A stretch of DNA of 64,000 nucleotides from Dermatophilaceae bacterium (GCA_035448065.1 DAOTIG010000002.1:234-64233), one strand, 5' to 3'. Shown: positions 1-9,276, numbered from the stretch's first letter. Notes: generated from the letters alone by a model not told the origin. Numbers and translations: made by a program.

Positions 1-1050
1 CAGCCGCTCCGCGCTCCCCCGAGCGGGCGCGGTGCCGGCCAGCAGCAGCGCGTCGACGAGCCCGGCCACCCCGGTGCCGAGCGAGCAGTCGCCCAGCCCG
101 TCGCCCGGCGCGCCATCGAGCCGCTCACGCCGGCCGAGCCCGACCCCGCGCTCGTCGCCACCGGCCTCCCCCGTGAGCCGATCCACGGCCTCCTGACACC
201 GCCGCACCCCCTCGTCGGCCTCGCGCGCCAGCCGCTCCCCCATGGCGGACAGCGCGCCACCTCCGTGCCGCTCCCGCTCCCCCCGCGCCAGCTCGGCCAG
301 CCGCAGCCGCACCGCCGTCGCCCCCGCGACGCCGTGCGCCCAGCCGATCGGCACGTCCGACCGGCCCTGCAGGCAGCTCGCCTCCCAGTCGAGGCCACGC
401 TCGATGAGCTCGCCGATCGGCTGCAACGGCAACCCGTCCGACGCCTCCGCGAGGGCCAGCACGACCCCGCTCGTGCCGTCCCGCACCCCACACTGCGGCG
501 CCGGATCCCACTCGTGCGGGTCCGTCGCGTCCGCCCATCCCCAGCCGACCTCCCGCGGCCGCGCCCCCCGGGCGACGAGCCGCACCAGCGCCGGATCGGG
601 GTCGGCGCCGCACCGCACCTGTGCGAGCAGCACGCCGGCAGCACCGGCACCGAGATCCGCGCCACGCGGCATACTCGTCGGCTCGTCCACCCCCAGACCG
701 CACGCATGCCGCGCGACCCGCACGCCGGCCGCGCCGGTGAGCAGGCCCGACTCGTCCACCACCCCGATCCGGTATGCCGCCCGCTCACCCGCCGCGCGCA
801 GCGCACCGTCGTCGAGGGCTCGCCCGAGCGAGGCCAGCGCCCACGCCGCGCCCGCCCAGCCTCCCGTGAGCCCGCTGCGCTGGTGCTCCGACGGCTCGGC
901 GCCTGGCCAGCCGTCCGACTGCACCATCGCCACGAGCGCCCCCATCGCTCGTTCGGCGCACCGCAGAGCCAGCTCCGTGCCGGTCCCGTCCTGCACGTTG
1001 TCTCGCACGTGGTTTCGCCCTCCAGTGCCATCGCCTCGACGCGACGACAT
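1..1050 (-). CDS. LanC-like (lanthionine synthetase C-like) protein, partial; 3' end runs off the left window edge
   Basis: Absent from the ORF track because it has no in-window stop. My own minus-strand translation from the ATG (complement of 1048-1050) gives MSSRRGDGTGGRNHVRDNVQDGTGTELALRCAERAMGALVAMVQSDGWPG...SGLTGGWAGAAWALASLG...SGLLTGAAGV...DGTSGVVLAL...GWAHGVAGATAV...CSLGTGVAGLVDALLLAG. It is open for all 350 codons with high GC3. The repeated Gly-rich motifs, including GWAHGVAG, fit the LanC alpha/alpha-toroid pattern. Confidence 0.6.
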   Translation of the reverse strand, partial: MSSRRGDGTGGRNHVRDNVQDGTGTELALRCAERAMGALVAMVQSDGWPGAEPSEHQRSGLTGGWAGAAWALASLGRALDDGALRAAGERAAYRIGVVDESGLLTGAAGVRVARHACGLGVDEPTSMPRGADLGAGAAGVLLAQVRCGADPDPALVRLVARGARPREVGWGWADATDPHEWDPAPQCGVRDGTSGVVLALAEASDGLPLQPIGELIERGLDWEASCLQGRSDVPIGWAHGVAGATAVRLRLAELARGERERHGGGALSAMGERLAREADEGVRRCQEAVDRLTGEAGGDERGVGLGRRERLDGAPGDGLGDCSLGTGVAGLVDALLLAGTAPARGSAERL

Positions 1051-1228
1051 AGAGATGGAGCAGGTCCGACCTGTCCTGATACATCGGACTCGCCCTCGTC
1101 TGCTCGTTCACCCGGCCCGACGGCGGCGGCCGAGGTATCTGGCGTGGTCAGCAGCGCCTCCTCCCGCACAAGGACCACTCGCCAATAGGCTTGGTCCGAC
1201 ATTGCGCTCCCCAGTGAGGTCACCCCCG

Positions 1229-2896
1229 ATGAAGCCCACGCCCCCGTCCCGATCGCAGTCGGCTGCCGGCCGACCGGCGAGCCGCCGCCGAGCGTCGGCC
1301 GCGCAGCCCGACGAGACCGCCCGCACCCCGGTCGCAGCCGTCTCGACCCAGCTCGCGCAGCTCTATGGCGCCCGCTCGCTCGACCCGGTGTGGGCGATGC
1401 GCCTGGCCGACGGTGCGGCGCCGCAGTCGACGGTCTACGTCGGTGACCGGATGCTCGTGCGTGGCGCGCCCGGCCGGGACCTCGAGGCCTTCACCGAGCT
1501 CACGACGATCGCCGACGAGATCGGCGTGACGGTGACCCGGGTGCCGATGCCCGGCACCAAGGGCCTGCCGAGCGACCTGCACCCCGACGCGGCCCGGATC
1601 GTCCAGGAGCACTGGGTCGAGGCGGTCCGGCTCGACCCGGCCAAGGGCAGCCCCTCGCTGCCGGTCGACGCCTGGCCGGTGCTGCGCACGGTGCAGGACC
1701 GGGCGACGAGCGGGCTCACCCTCGGGCTCGACCATCTGCTCGCGTCCGCCCCGGCGATCTCGGGCACCCCGTACTGGTCAGGCACTCCCTATTGGTCCGG
1801 CACCCCGTACTGGTCAGGGACTCCCTACTGGTCCGGCACCCCCTACTGGTCGGGCACCCCGGCCTCCGAATACGGCCGCACCGGCATCGGCGGCCGGCAA
1901 CCCGTGAGCGTCGTGCTCCCCGACCCGGCCCGCAGCGCCGCACCGGTCGCTCGCCGGCCGGTCGTCGCCGTCCCCGACACCGGCCTCGGCACCCACCCCT
2001 GGTTCCCGCGCGGCGGCACCGCGACCAGCCAGGTCCGCTTCGCCGGCACCCTGCTCGGGCTCGACGGCCCGATGGGCCGCGACTTCCGCCGGCCGGTGCG
2101 CAACCCGCTCGACCCGGTCATCGAGCCGGATGCCGGGCACGGCACCTTCATCTCCGGCATCGTCCGCCAGCTCTGCCCGCAGGCCGAGATCCTCGCCATC
2201 CCGGTCATGGGCTCCGACGGAGTCGTGCCTGAGAGCCTGCTCGTCAACACGCTCGCCCTGCTGCTCGCCCGGCACGTCCAGGCCCTGCGCACCGGCGCGA
2301 CCGACGGCCTGCTCGACGTCCTCTCGCTCTCGCTCGGCTACTACCACGAGCAGCCCGGCGATGCGGCGATGGACGGCCCGCTCGGCTCACTGCTGCGGGC
2401 CTACGGCGAGCACGGCGTCGCCGTCGTCGCGGCCGCAGGCAATGCGACCAGCCTCGCCCCGATGTATCCCGCCGCCCTCGCGGCCCAGGTCACCGGCTTC
2501 GCGCGCGACCGGGTGCCGTTGGCCAGCGTGGGCGCCACCAACCCCGACGGTGAGACGGTCGCCTTCTTCAGCAACGCCGGCGACTGGGTGAGCACCCACC
2601 GACCCGGGTCGCTGCTCGTCAGCACCTTCCCGACCGACGTCACCGCCTCCTCCCAGGCCAGCGCCCGGGTCGACTACGGCGGCCGCACGCGGACCACCCC
2701 CGACCCGGACGACTTCTCCGGCGGCTTCTGCACGTGGAGCGGCACCTCGTTCGCCGCCCCCGTGCTCGCCGGCGAGATCGCCGCAGCCATCGCCGCCGAC
2801 CCCGACGCGGCGACCGTCGACCAGGCTGCGGCAGTCGCCCGCGGCCGGCGCGCCGTCTTCGGCGCGGTCACCGAGTGGAAGAAGGTCCCCCAATGA
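1229..2896 (+). CDS. S8 (subtilisin-like) serine peptidase with no signal peptide and an internal GTPYWS x5 repeat
   Basis: C-terminal two-thirds of ORF 242..2896. The catalytic triad motifs are VAVPDTG (Asp), GHGTFISG (His) and GTSFAAP (Ser). I chose the ATG at 1229 because the 242-1228 part of the ORF overlaps the better-supported minus-strand LanC-like gene. The N-terminus MKPTPPSRSQSAAGRP is not hydrophobic. Confidence 0.8.
   Translation: MKPTPPSRSQSAAGRPASRRRASAAQPDETARTPVAAVSTQLAQLYGARSLDPVWAMRLADGAAPQSTVYVGDRMLVRGAPGRDLEAFTELTTIADEIGVTVTRVPMPGTKGLPSDLHPDAARIVQEHWVEAVRLDPAKGSPSLPVDAWPVLRTVQDRATSGLTLGLDHLLASAPAISGTPYWSGTPYWSGTPYWSGTPYWSGTPYWSGTPASEYGRTGIGGRQPVSVVLPDPARSAAPVARRPVVAVPDTGLGTHPWFPRGGTATSQVRFAGTLLGLDGPMGRDFRRPVRNPLDPVIEPDAGHGTFISGIVRQLCPQAEILAIPVMGSDGVVPESLLVNTLALLLARHVQALRTGATDGLLDVLSLSLGYYHEQPGDAAMDGPLGSLLRAYGEHGVAVVAAAGNATSLAPMYPAALAAQVTGFARDRVPLASVGATNPDGETVAFFSNAGDWVSTHRPGSLLVSTFPTDVTASSQASARVDYGGRTRTTPDPDDFSGGFCTWSGTSFAAPVLAGEIAAAIAADPDAATVDQAAAVARGRRAVFGAVTEWKKVPQ
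1763..1852 (+). repeat. Five tandem 18-bp units encoding GTPYWS, followed by a partial sixth (GTP)
   Basis: The units are ggcaccccgtactggtca / ggcactccctattggtcc / ggcaccccgtactggtca / gggactccctactggtcc / ggcaccccctactggtcg. The peptide is identical in all five and the DNA differs only at synonymous sites. Confidence 0.95.
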
Positions 2897-3477
2897 GCAC
2901 CGGCACCCTCGCCGACCGCGCGGCCGCGGCCTTCGCGGCATACCGGTCCGGCGACGAGCAGCGGATGGGTGAGCTGGTCGACCTGCTCACCCCGATCCTC
3001 TGGCACACCGCCCGCAGCCAGGGCCTCGACGCGAGCAGCGCCGAGGACGTCGTGCAGACCGCGTGGATCCGGCTGGTCGAGCGGGCCGGCAGCGTCCAGG
3101 ATGCGCAGGCCGTCCTCGGCTGGCTGGTGACGACGGTGCGCCGCGAGGCCTGGCGGGTCGGCCGCAAGGACGGGCGGGCCGCGCCCACCGACGACGTGCC
3201 CGAGCCCGAGCATGAGGCGCCCCGGCAGGCCGAGCTCGACCCCGCCGTCCTCGCCGTCCTCCGCGACGACCAGCGCACCCTGTGGCGGCACGTCCAGGCG
3301 CTCGGCGCGCGCTGCGCCGCGCTGCTGCGACTCGTCGCCTTCGTCGACCGACCCGACTATGCCGCCGTGTCCGACGCGCTCGGCATGCCGATCGGCTCGA
3401 TCGGACCCACCCGCGGCCGGTGTCTGGCCAAGCTGCGGACCGCCCTGCTCGCCGACCCCGCCTGGAGCACCCGATGA
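2893..3477 (+). CDS. ECF-type sigma-70 family RNA polymerase sigma factor
   Basis: MSTGTLADRAAAAFAAYRSGDEQRMGELVDLL...DVVQTAWIRLVE (region 2) ...DYAAVSDALGMPIGSIGPTRGRCLAKLR (region 4 HTH). Its ATG overlaps the S8 stop as ATGA (2893-2896). Confidence 0.85.
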   Translation: MSTGTLADRAAAAFAAYRSGDEQRMGELVDLLTPILWHTARSQGLDASSAEDVVQTAWIRLVERAGSVQDAQAVLGWLVTTVRREAWRVGRKDGRAAPTDDVPEPEHEAPRQAELDPAVLAVLRDDQRTLWRHVQALGARCAALLRLVAFVDRPDYAAVSDALGMPIGSIGPTRGRCLAKLRTALLADPAWSTR

Positions 3478-4010
3478 GCGACGACCAGAGCCCTGCCGAC
3501 GCCTCCGGCGACAGCCCGCAGCTGCTCGCGCTGGCCGCCGAGCCGATCGACGCCATCGACCTCGAGCTGCTCGCCGCGATGCGCGAGGTCTACTCCCGCA
3601 TCGACCCGGTGCCGGGCGGGCTCACCGACCGGATCAAGTTCGAGCTCACCCTCGCGGCCCTGCACGCCGAGGTCGCCGAGCTGCAGCACGTCTCGCTCGC
3701 CGGCGTCCGCGACGAGGCCGCGCACTACACCCCGACCGAGTCGGTGACCTTCACCAGCAGCCGGCTCAGCCTCATGGTGACCCTCGGACCCGGTCGTGAG
3801 GAGGCACCCGACACGGTGCGGGTCGACGGGTGGGTCACCGGCGGCACGGTCACTGTCGAGCTGCGGATCGGTGACGAGAGCCGGCTGGCCACGCCCGACG
3901 AGGACGGCCGCTTCGTCATCACCGACGTCCCGCACGGCGCCGCCCGCTTCGTGCTGCGCCCCGTCGACGACGTCGAGCGCCCGGTCATCACCCCGGTCGT
4001 CGAGATCTAG
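3474..4010 (+). CDS. Hypothetical protein, possible sigma-factor partner; C-terminal CarboxypepD_reg-like beta-sandwich
   Basis: ATGA overlap with the sigma gene stop (3474-3477). Sequence: MSDDQSPADASGDSPQLL...VRVDGWVTGGTVTVELRIGDESRLATPDEDGRFVITDVPHG. No TM segment and no zf-HC2 motif seen. Good GC3. Confidence 0.5.
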   Translation: MSDDQSPADASGDSPQLLALAAEPIDAIDLELLAAMREVYSRIDPVPGGLTDRIKFELTLAALHAEVAELQHVSLAGVRDEAAHYTPTESVTFTSSRLSLMVTLGPGREEAPDTVRVDGWVTGGTVTVELRIGDESRLATPDEDGRFVITDVPHGAARFVLRPVDDVERPVITPVVEI

Positions 4011-4103
4011 CTCGGTCGACGCGCCCCGCGTCGAGCCCGAGCCCGCACCAGCCGCACGAGCCACCACGAGCCCCCAGGAGCCGCCTCGCCAGCCCGCACC
4101 GGT

Positions 4104-6758
4104 ATGCCGCGTGGCCCGCACCCGGCCGGTGCCGACGGGGTGGGTGCGGATGACGCTGCGCTCGAGCAGGTGGCCACCCTGCACCGACGGGCCGTCGAGG
4201 CGATCGAGCAGCACCGCGTCGACGACGCCGGGCGGCTGGTCGACGAGGGGCTCGAGCGACTGGCCCGGCTGGTCTCGGCCGACTCGGCACGGGCGCGCGA
4301 GCTCGAGGCCCGGCTCACGCTGAGCCGCAGCTGGGTGGTGGCCGAGCGCTCCGGACCCACCGCCGGCTTCGCCGAGCTCGATCGGGCCCTCGCCCTGGCC
4401 GAGGCGGCCGGTCTGCCGGGGCTGGCGGCCCTGTGCCACAACCAGGCCGCGATCGCTCTCGGCCGGATCGGCGACCTCGGCGGTGCGCTCACCCGGATGC
4501 GCCTCGCCGAGCCCGGCCTGCCGCTGCTGCCGGAGGCCGACCAGGTGCGGATCCTCGTCAACCGCGGCACCCTCGCCCTGCACCTCATGCAGCTCGACGA
4601 TGCCCGGGCCGACCTCGACCGGGCCGTCGAGCTGGCCCACGCGCACGGCCACACCGCCAACGAGTTCATGGCCCGGCACAACGCCGGCTACGTCGAGTTC
4701 CTCCGCGGGGACCTGCCCGCGGCCCTGCGGCTGATGGCCGAGGCCGATGCGATGCCCGTCGACGTGGCGCGCGGGGTGAGCCGCCTCGACCGCGCCCGCG
4801 TGCTGCTCGAGGCCGGCCTGCTCACCGACGCGGCCGCCGGGCTGCGTGAGGCGGCCGACCTGCTGGCCGACAGCCCGCAGGACCTCGCCGAGACCGAGCT
4901 CGACCTGGCCCGCGTCACCTTGCTCCTCGGCGATCCGGCTGCAGCACAACGACTTGCGGCCACTGCGCGACGTCGCTTCCGGGATCGCGAGGCCGGCTCC
5001 TGGCGCCGGCAGGCCCAGCTCGTCGAGCTCGAGGCGGTCGCGCTCGATCACGGCGACGGCAGCCGATCCCGGCGCACGGCCCGACTTGCCGAGGCCCTCG
5101 GCACGGCGGCGGCCGCTCACGACGAGGAGCACCTGGCCCGCCGGGCCGCGCTGGTGAGCGCCGATGCGCTGCTCGACCTCGGCGACCGGGAGGGGGCGCT
5201 CGCGGCATACCGGACGGCGGCGGGCTTGCACCGCTCGGGCTCGCTCGCCACGAGGCTGCACGTGCGCCTCGTCGGCGCCCGGCTCGCGGACACCAACCGC
5301 CGAGCCGGCGCGATCCTCGCCGCCGCCGCCGACGACCTCGCCCGCGCGCAGCACCGCTCGGCGAGCCTCGACCTGCGCACGGCGATGGCGGTGCACGGCA
5401 GCCGCCTGGCCGCCACCGACCTCGCGCTGGGGTTCGAGAGCCGTTCCGTGGCAAGCCTGTTCACCCGCAGTGAGCGATGGCGCGCGGTGTCCGACCGGGT
5501 GCCGGTGGTCCACCCGCCGCCCGACCCGCGGTTGGCCGACCTGCTCAGCCGCCTTCGGCGGGTGCGCGAGGACCTGCGCTCAGCGCCGCCCGAGGCCCAC
5601 CCGGGGCTGCGTGCCTCCGCAGCCGCGCTCGAGAGCGAGGCGCGGGCGCTCACCTGGACGACCGCCGCCAGCGCGAGCGGCGACGGCTCCCCCACGCGCA
5701 CGGTCCGGTATGCCGCGGCGCTCGCCGCCGTCCGGGAGCGCGAGTGCGAGCTGGTGAGCTATGTGCCGCACGGGTCCGAGCTGCACGCCGTGCACCTCTC
5801 GGCGCGCGGCGGACGGGCGGTCCGGATCGGTCCGGTGGCCGACATCGCGGCGCTCGTGCAGCGAGTCCGGGCCGATGTCGAGGCGGCGGCCCTGCCGGTG
5901 CCGACCGCGATGCGGGCGGCGATCGAGGCGAGCCTGCAGCATGGGCTCGCCCAGCTCGACGCCGCCGTGCTCGGGCCGCTGCGCGGGTCGGACAGCGCGG
6001 GTGGCCCGGGTGGCCGAGGCGGCTCGCGTGGTGCTCAGCGCGGCGCCGGCCTGCTCGACGGCCGGCTGGTCGTCGTGCCCAACCGCACCCTGGCTGCGGT
6101 GCCGTGGGGCATGCTGCCGAGCCGGCGCGGCCGGCCGACGACGGTGGCCCGCACCGTGACCGCGTGGTCCGCTGCGCCGGCCCGACCCGTGCTGCCCCGT
6201 CCGGCGGGCCCCCGGGTGGTCGCCGTGGCCGGGCCTGACCTCGACGACGCCGACCTCGAGGTGGCCGAGGTCGCGCAGGCCTGGGGCGGTGTGGCGATGC
6301 CGGCGGCCCAGGCGACGAGGGCGGCCGTGATGGCGGCGCTGCCCGGCGCCGATCTCGTCCACCTGGCCGCCCATGGCACCCATCAGCACCAGAGTCCGCT
6401 CTTCTCGACGGTGCGGCTGGCCGACGGGGCGACCTTCGCCCACGAGCTGCCGATGGCCGGGCTGGCGGCATCCCACGTCGTGCTCGCCGCCTGCGAGGTG
6501 GGCCGCGCGACGATCCGCCCGGGCGACGAGTCGCTGGGGCTGACTGCTGTGCTGCTGTCCCTCGGGGTCCGCTGCGTCGTGGCCCCGGTGAGCCGGATCC
6601 CCGACGGCGTCGCGCGGGAGGCGATGGCGGCATACCACCGGCTGCTCGCGGACGGCCACGACGCGTCGAGCGCACTCGCCGAGGCGACCGCCGACCTCCC
6701 GACCGTGGCCCGCGCCTTCACCTGCCTCGGCACCGACTGGCGCGCGAACCCGGACTAA
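4104..6758 (+). CDS. TPR-repeat / CHAT-domain (caspase-like) protease
   Basis: 884-aa ORF. The N-terminal two-thirds is helical and Ala/Leu/Arg-rich, TPR-like. The C-terminus has the CHAT His-Cys dyad context: DLVHLAAHGTHQHQSPLFSTVRLADG and HVVLAACEVG. The start is uncertain because in-frame GTG codons lie shortly downstream. Confidence 0.8.
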   Translation: MPRGPHPAGADGVGADDAALEQVATLHRRAVEAIEQHRVDDAGRLVDEGLERLARLVSADSARARELEARLTLSRSWVVAERSGPTAGFAELDRALALAEAAGLPGLAALCHNQAAIALGRIGDLGGALTRMRLAEPGLPLLPEADQVRILVNRGTLALHLMQLDDARADLDRAVELAHAHGHTANEFMARHNAGYVEFLRGDLPAALRLMAEADAMPVDVARGVSRLDRARVLLEAGLLTDAAAGLREAADLLADSPQDLAETELDLARVTLLLGDPAAAQRLAATARRRFRDREAGSWRRQAQLVELEAVALDHGDGSRSRRTARLAEALGTAAAAHDEEHLARRAALVSADALLDLGDREGALAAYRTAAGLHRSGSLATRLHVRLVGARLADTNRRAGAILAAAADDLARAQHRSASLDLRTAMAVHGSRLAATDLALGFESRSVASLFTRSERWRAVSDRVPVVHPPPDPRLADLLSRLRRVREDLRSAPPEAHPGLRASAAALESEARALTWTTAASASGDGSPTRTVRYAAALAAVRERECELVSYVPHGSELHAVHLSARGGRAVRIGPVADIAALVQRVRADVEAAALPVPTAMRAAIEASLQHGLAQLDAAVLGPLRGSDSAGGPGGRGGSRGAQRGAGLLDGRLVVVPNRTLAAVPWGMLPSRRGRPTTVARTVTAWSAAPARPVLPRPAGPRVVAVAGPDLDDADLEVAEVAQAWGGVAMPAAQATRAAVMAALPGADLVHLAAHGTHQHQSPLFSTVRLADGATFAHELPMAGLAASHVVLAACEVGRATIRPGDESLGLTAVLLSLGVRCVVAPVSRIPDGVAREAMAAYHRLLADGHDASSALAEATADLPTVARAFTCLGTDWRANPD

Positions 6759-6842
6759 CCGCCTCCCCGGGCACTTCTGCGCGACACGCCGGCAGAATGC
6801 CGCGACACGCCGTGGCCAGCCGACGCGAGCACCCGCCCCGGC

Positions 6843-7595
6843 TCAGATCCAGATCGCGGGACTGTGCTCAAGCATCTCCTCCGGCGTCAGACCCTCGACC
6901 GCGGGCCGGATCTGCGCCGGGATGCCGACCGCGACGTAGCCGTCGGGCACCTCCTTGACGACGACCGAGTTGGCGCCCACCTGCGCGTCGTGGCCGATCC
7001 GGATCGGGCCGAGGATCTTCGCGCCGGCCCCGACGGTCACCCGGTCGCCGAGCGTCGGGTGCCGCTTCACCGGCTCGAGCGATCGCCCGCCCAGCGTGAC
7101 CCCGTGGTAGAGCATGACGTCGTCGCCGATCTCGGCCGTCTCGCCGATGACGACGCCCATCCCGTGGTCGATGAAGAAGCGCCGACCGATCGTCGCCCCC
7201 GGGTGGATCTCGACGCCGGTCGCCGCCCGCGCCAGCTGGGACACGAGCCGGGCAGCGAGCCGGGTCTGCGGGCTGCCCCACAGCGAGTGGGCGACCCGAT
7301 AGGCCCAGATCGCGTGCAGCCCCGAACTCGCGAGGAACATCTCGAGCCGGCTGTGCGCGGCCGGGTCGCGCCGCATCGCGGCGTCGACGTCCTCGCGCAC
7401 CATCGCGAGCGTCCGCCGGATCACCTTGCGGCGCGGCCGCTCCACCGGGCCGGGCGGGCCGACCGGCTCGTGTCGGGTGACCAGCCCGGTGTCCGGGTCG
7501 GCCTTGACCTCCCACGACCGCTCTCGTCGCAGACCGTTGGCCAGTGCCGCAAACATGGGGTATGCCGCTCTCTCAGTGGGGTGCTCGCGCGTCAC
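6843..7595 (-). CDS. cysE: Serine O-acetyltransferase
   Basis: Hexapeptide-repeat core [38 protein letters not shown], and it is adjacent to cysK. An alternative ATG start lies at 7556 (MFAALANG). Confidence 0.85.
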   Translation of the reverse strand: MTREHPTERAAYPMFAALANGLRRERSWEVKADPDTGLVTRHEPVGPPGPVERPRRKVIRRTLAMVREDVDAAMRRDPAAHSRLEMFLASSGLHAIWAYRVAHSLWGSPQTRLAARLVSQLARAATGVEIHPGATIGRRFFIDHGMGVVIGETAEIGDDVMLYHGVTLGGRSLEPVKRHPTLGDRVTVGAGAKILGPIRIGHDAQVGANSVVVKEVPDGYVAVGIPAQIRPAVEGLTPEEMLEHSPAIWI

Positions 7596-7625
7596 CGCGC
7601 GAACGGGGTTGGTTCACAAGGGAAT

Positions 7626-8558
7626 TCAGTCGACGAGGCCCTCGAAGAGCACCGTCGACAGATAGCGCTCGCCGAAGCTCGGGATGATGACGACGATCGT
7701 CTTGCCCGCGTTCTCCGGCCGCGCGGCGACCTGGCCCGCGGCATACAGGGCGGCACCGGAGGACAGTCCGACGAGCAGGCCCTCCTCGGTGGCGGCCCGG
7801 CGGGCCAGCTCGACGGACTGGGCGATGTTGACGTCGATGACCTCGTCGTAGACGGTCGTGTCGAGGATCTCGGGCACGAAGTTGGCGCCGATGCCCTGGA
7901 TCTTGTGCGGGCCGGGCTGGCCGCCGTTGAGGATCGGGCTCTCCTCGGGCTCGACCGCGACGATCCGCACCCCAGGCTTGCGCGCCTTGAGCACCTGCCC
8001 TACCCCGGTGATCGTGCCGCCCGTGCCGATTCCTGCGACGACGATGTCGACGGCGCCGTCGGTGTCCTTCCAGATCTCCTCGGCCGTCGTGCGGCGATGG
8101 ATCTCGGGGTTGGCCGCATTGGCGAACTGGCGGGCCAGGACCGCCCCAGGCCGCTCGGCGACGATCTCGTCGGCGCGCTCGACGGCGCCCTTCATGCCCT
8201 TGCTCGGGTCGGTGAGGATGAGCTCGGCCCCGAACGCCCGCAGCAGGGCGCGCCGCTCTTTGGACATCGACTCGGGCATGGTGAGCACGACGCGATAGCC
8301 GCGGGCGGCGCCGACCATGGCCAGCGCGATGCCCGTGTTGCCCGAGGTGGCCTCGACGATCGTGCCGCCGGGCGTGAGCTCGCCGGAGGCTTCCGCAGCG
8401 TCGACGATGGCGACGCCGATCCGGTCCTTGACCGAGTTGGCCGGGTTGTAGAACTCCAGCTTGGCCGCGACGGTGGCGTGGGAGTCCGGGAAGAGCCGGT
8501 TGATCCGGACCAGCGGGGTGTTGCCGATCAGCGTGGTGACGTCGTCGTGGATGGGCAT
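7626..8558 (-). CDS. cysK: Cysteine synthase A (O-acetylserine sulfhydrylase)
   Basis: [22 protein letters not shown]...[11 protein letters not shown] (PLP lysine motif) ...GTGGTITG. Confidence 0.9.
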   Translation of the reverse strand: MPIHDDVTTLIGNTPLVRINRLFPDSHATVAAKLEFYNPANSVKDRIGVAIVDAAEASGELTPGGTIVEATSGNTGIALAMVGAARGYRVVLTMPESMSKERRALLRAFGAELILTDPSKGMKGAVERADEIVAERPGAVLARQFANAANPEIHRRTTAEEIWKDTDGAVDIVVAGIGTGGTITGVGQVLKARKPGVRIVAVEPEESPILNGGQPGPHKIQGIGANFVPEILDTTVYDEVIDVNIAQSVELARRAATEEGLLVGLSSGAALYAAGQVAARPENAGKTIVVIIPSFGERYLSTVLFEGLVD

Positions 8559-8725
8559 CGCGGGCAGGCTCCCAGTGTCGAAGGGTCGGCAGTCGGCCGA
8601 GGATTCCCCCTAACGAACCCCCGCCGAGTTATGCCTATTCCAACACAGGGTTATCGGTCGCCTCAAACTGCCCTGGTGCTGCGGGGACCAGCGGCGTCAG
8701 CCGGCCCCGCGGCATACCCGTTGGG

Positions 8726-9049
8726 TCAGGGCGTGGACCGGTGCCGCCCGGGCGTCGCGTCGGCGTAGAGCTCGCCGTCCGGGCCGCGCTCGAGGGTGGC
8801 GGGCAGGGTCTCGCGGCCGGCCTTGGCCTTGACCTGCCGACCGGCCGCCTTGACCGCGTCGCCGACCTTGTCCGCGACGAACGGCACGGCCTGGGTCTTG
8901 ACGGCCTGCTTGCCCGCCTCAAGCCGCCCCTGCACCGGCTCGGACTGCCACAGCCTCTTCGAGCCGCGCTTGATCTGCTCGTAGCGCTGCCGGCCCGCGC
9001 GAGTGCCCAGCACGTAGCCCACTGCGGCTCCGGCCACGAAACCGATCAT
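8726..9049 (-). CDS. Small YtxH-like membrane-anchored protein
   Basis: Internal ATG of ORF 8726..9301, preceded by GAAGGAG on the minus strand. Sequence: MIGFVAGAAVGYVLGTRAGRQRYEQIKRGSKRL..., 107 aa. Confidence 0.55.
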   Translation of the reverse strand: MIGFVAGAAVGYVLGTRAGRQRYEQIKRGSKRLWQSEPVQGRLEAGKQAVKTQAVPFVADKVGDAVKAAGRQVKAKAGRETLPATLERGPDGELYADATPGRHRSTP

Positions 9050-9142
9050 CGACGACTCCTTCAGGTATGCCGCGCGGCCCTCGGCCGCTCCGGGCGTGCG
9101 GTCCCGCCACTGTAACCCCGGGCGCGGGAGGTTTCCCTTGGC

Positions 9143-9238
9143 CGCCCCATCCACGTGAAACGACGCCATGGCGTCGTTCCTGGTGGGTGGCGGCGCTATA
9201 TCGACGCCATCCAGTCGAAGCGACGCCATGGCGTCGTT
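9143..9238. repeat. Two copies, 60 bp apart, of a roughly 36-bp unit ending in the palindrome CGACGCCATGGCGTCG
   Basis: Copy 1 is ccgccccatccacgtgaaacgacgccatggcgtcgtt (palindrome core 9161-9176, perfect 20-mer 9159-9178). Copy 2 is gacgccatccagtcgaagcgacgccatggcgtcgtt (core 9221-9236). Both lie in the divergent intergenic region between the 9049 and 9277 starts. Confidence 0.85.
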
Positions 9239-9249
9239 CAGTAGACAAG

Positions 9250-9270
9250 ATACCAACCAGTCGGTATGTT
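9250..9270 (+). promoter_or_regulatory. Imperfect palindrome ATACCAACCAGTCGGTAT overlapping a -10-like TATGTT; probable TetR operator and leaderless promoter
   Basis: TATGTT (9265-9270, TAnnnT) lies 6 nt before the TetR ATG at 9277. There is no SD, so a leaderless transcript is plausible. The palindrome arms are ATACC..GGTAT. Confidence 0.4.
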
Positions 9271-9276
9271 TGACCC

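Noticed and set aside
242-1228. N-terminal 329 codons of the 884-aa ORF 242..2896
   Set aside because: The translation is Pro/Arg/Ser-rich and lacks motifs. It lies antisense to a much better LanC-like reading frame on the minus strand. The S8 peptidase homology-like region only begins after the ATG at 1229.
1763-1852. Possible CRISPR-like or other non-coding tandem array
   Set aside because: The units are contiguous 18-mers without spacers, in frame inside a protease gene, and they encode an identical hexapeptide. No CRISPR array is present anywhere in the window.
3357-5513. 718-aa minus-strand ORF
   Set aside because: It is antisense to the sigma partner and TPR-CHAT genes. The Arg/Gly/Ala-rich, motif-less translation is typical of shadow ORFs in high-GC DNA.
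8559-8725. Possible riboswitch or leader upstream of cysK (locally lower GC, roughly 165 nt untranslated)
   Set aside because: I could not fold or recognise any known sulfur/SAM-type riboswitch core by eye. It is left unannotated.
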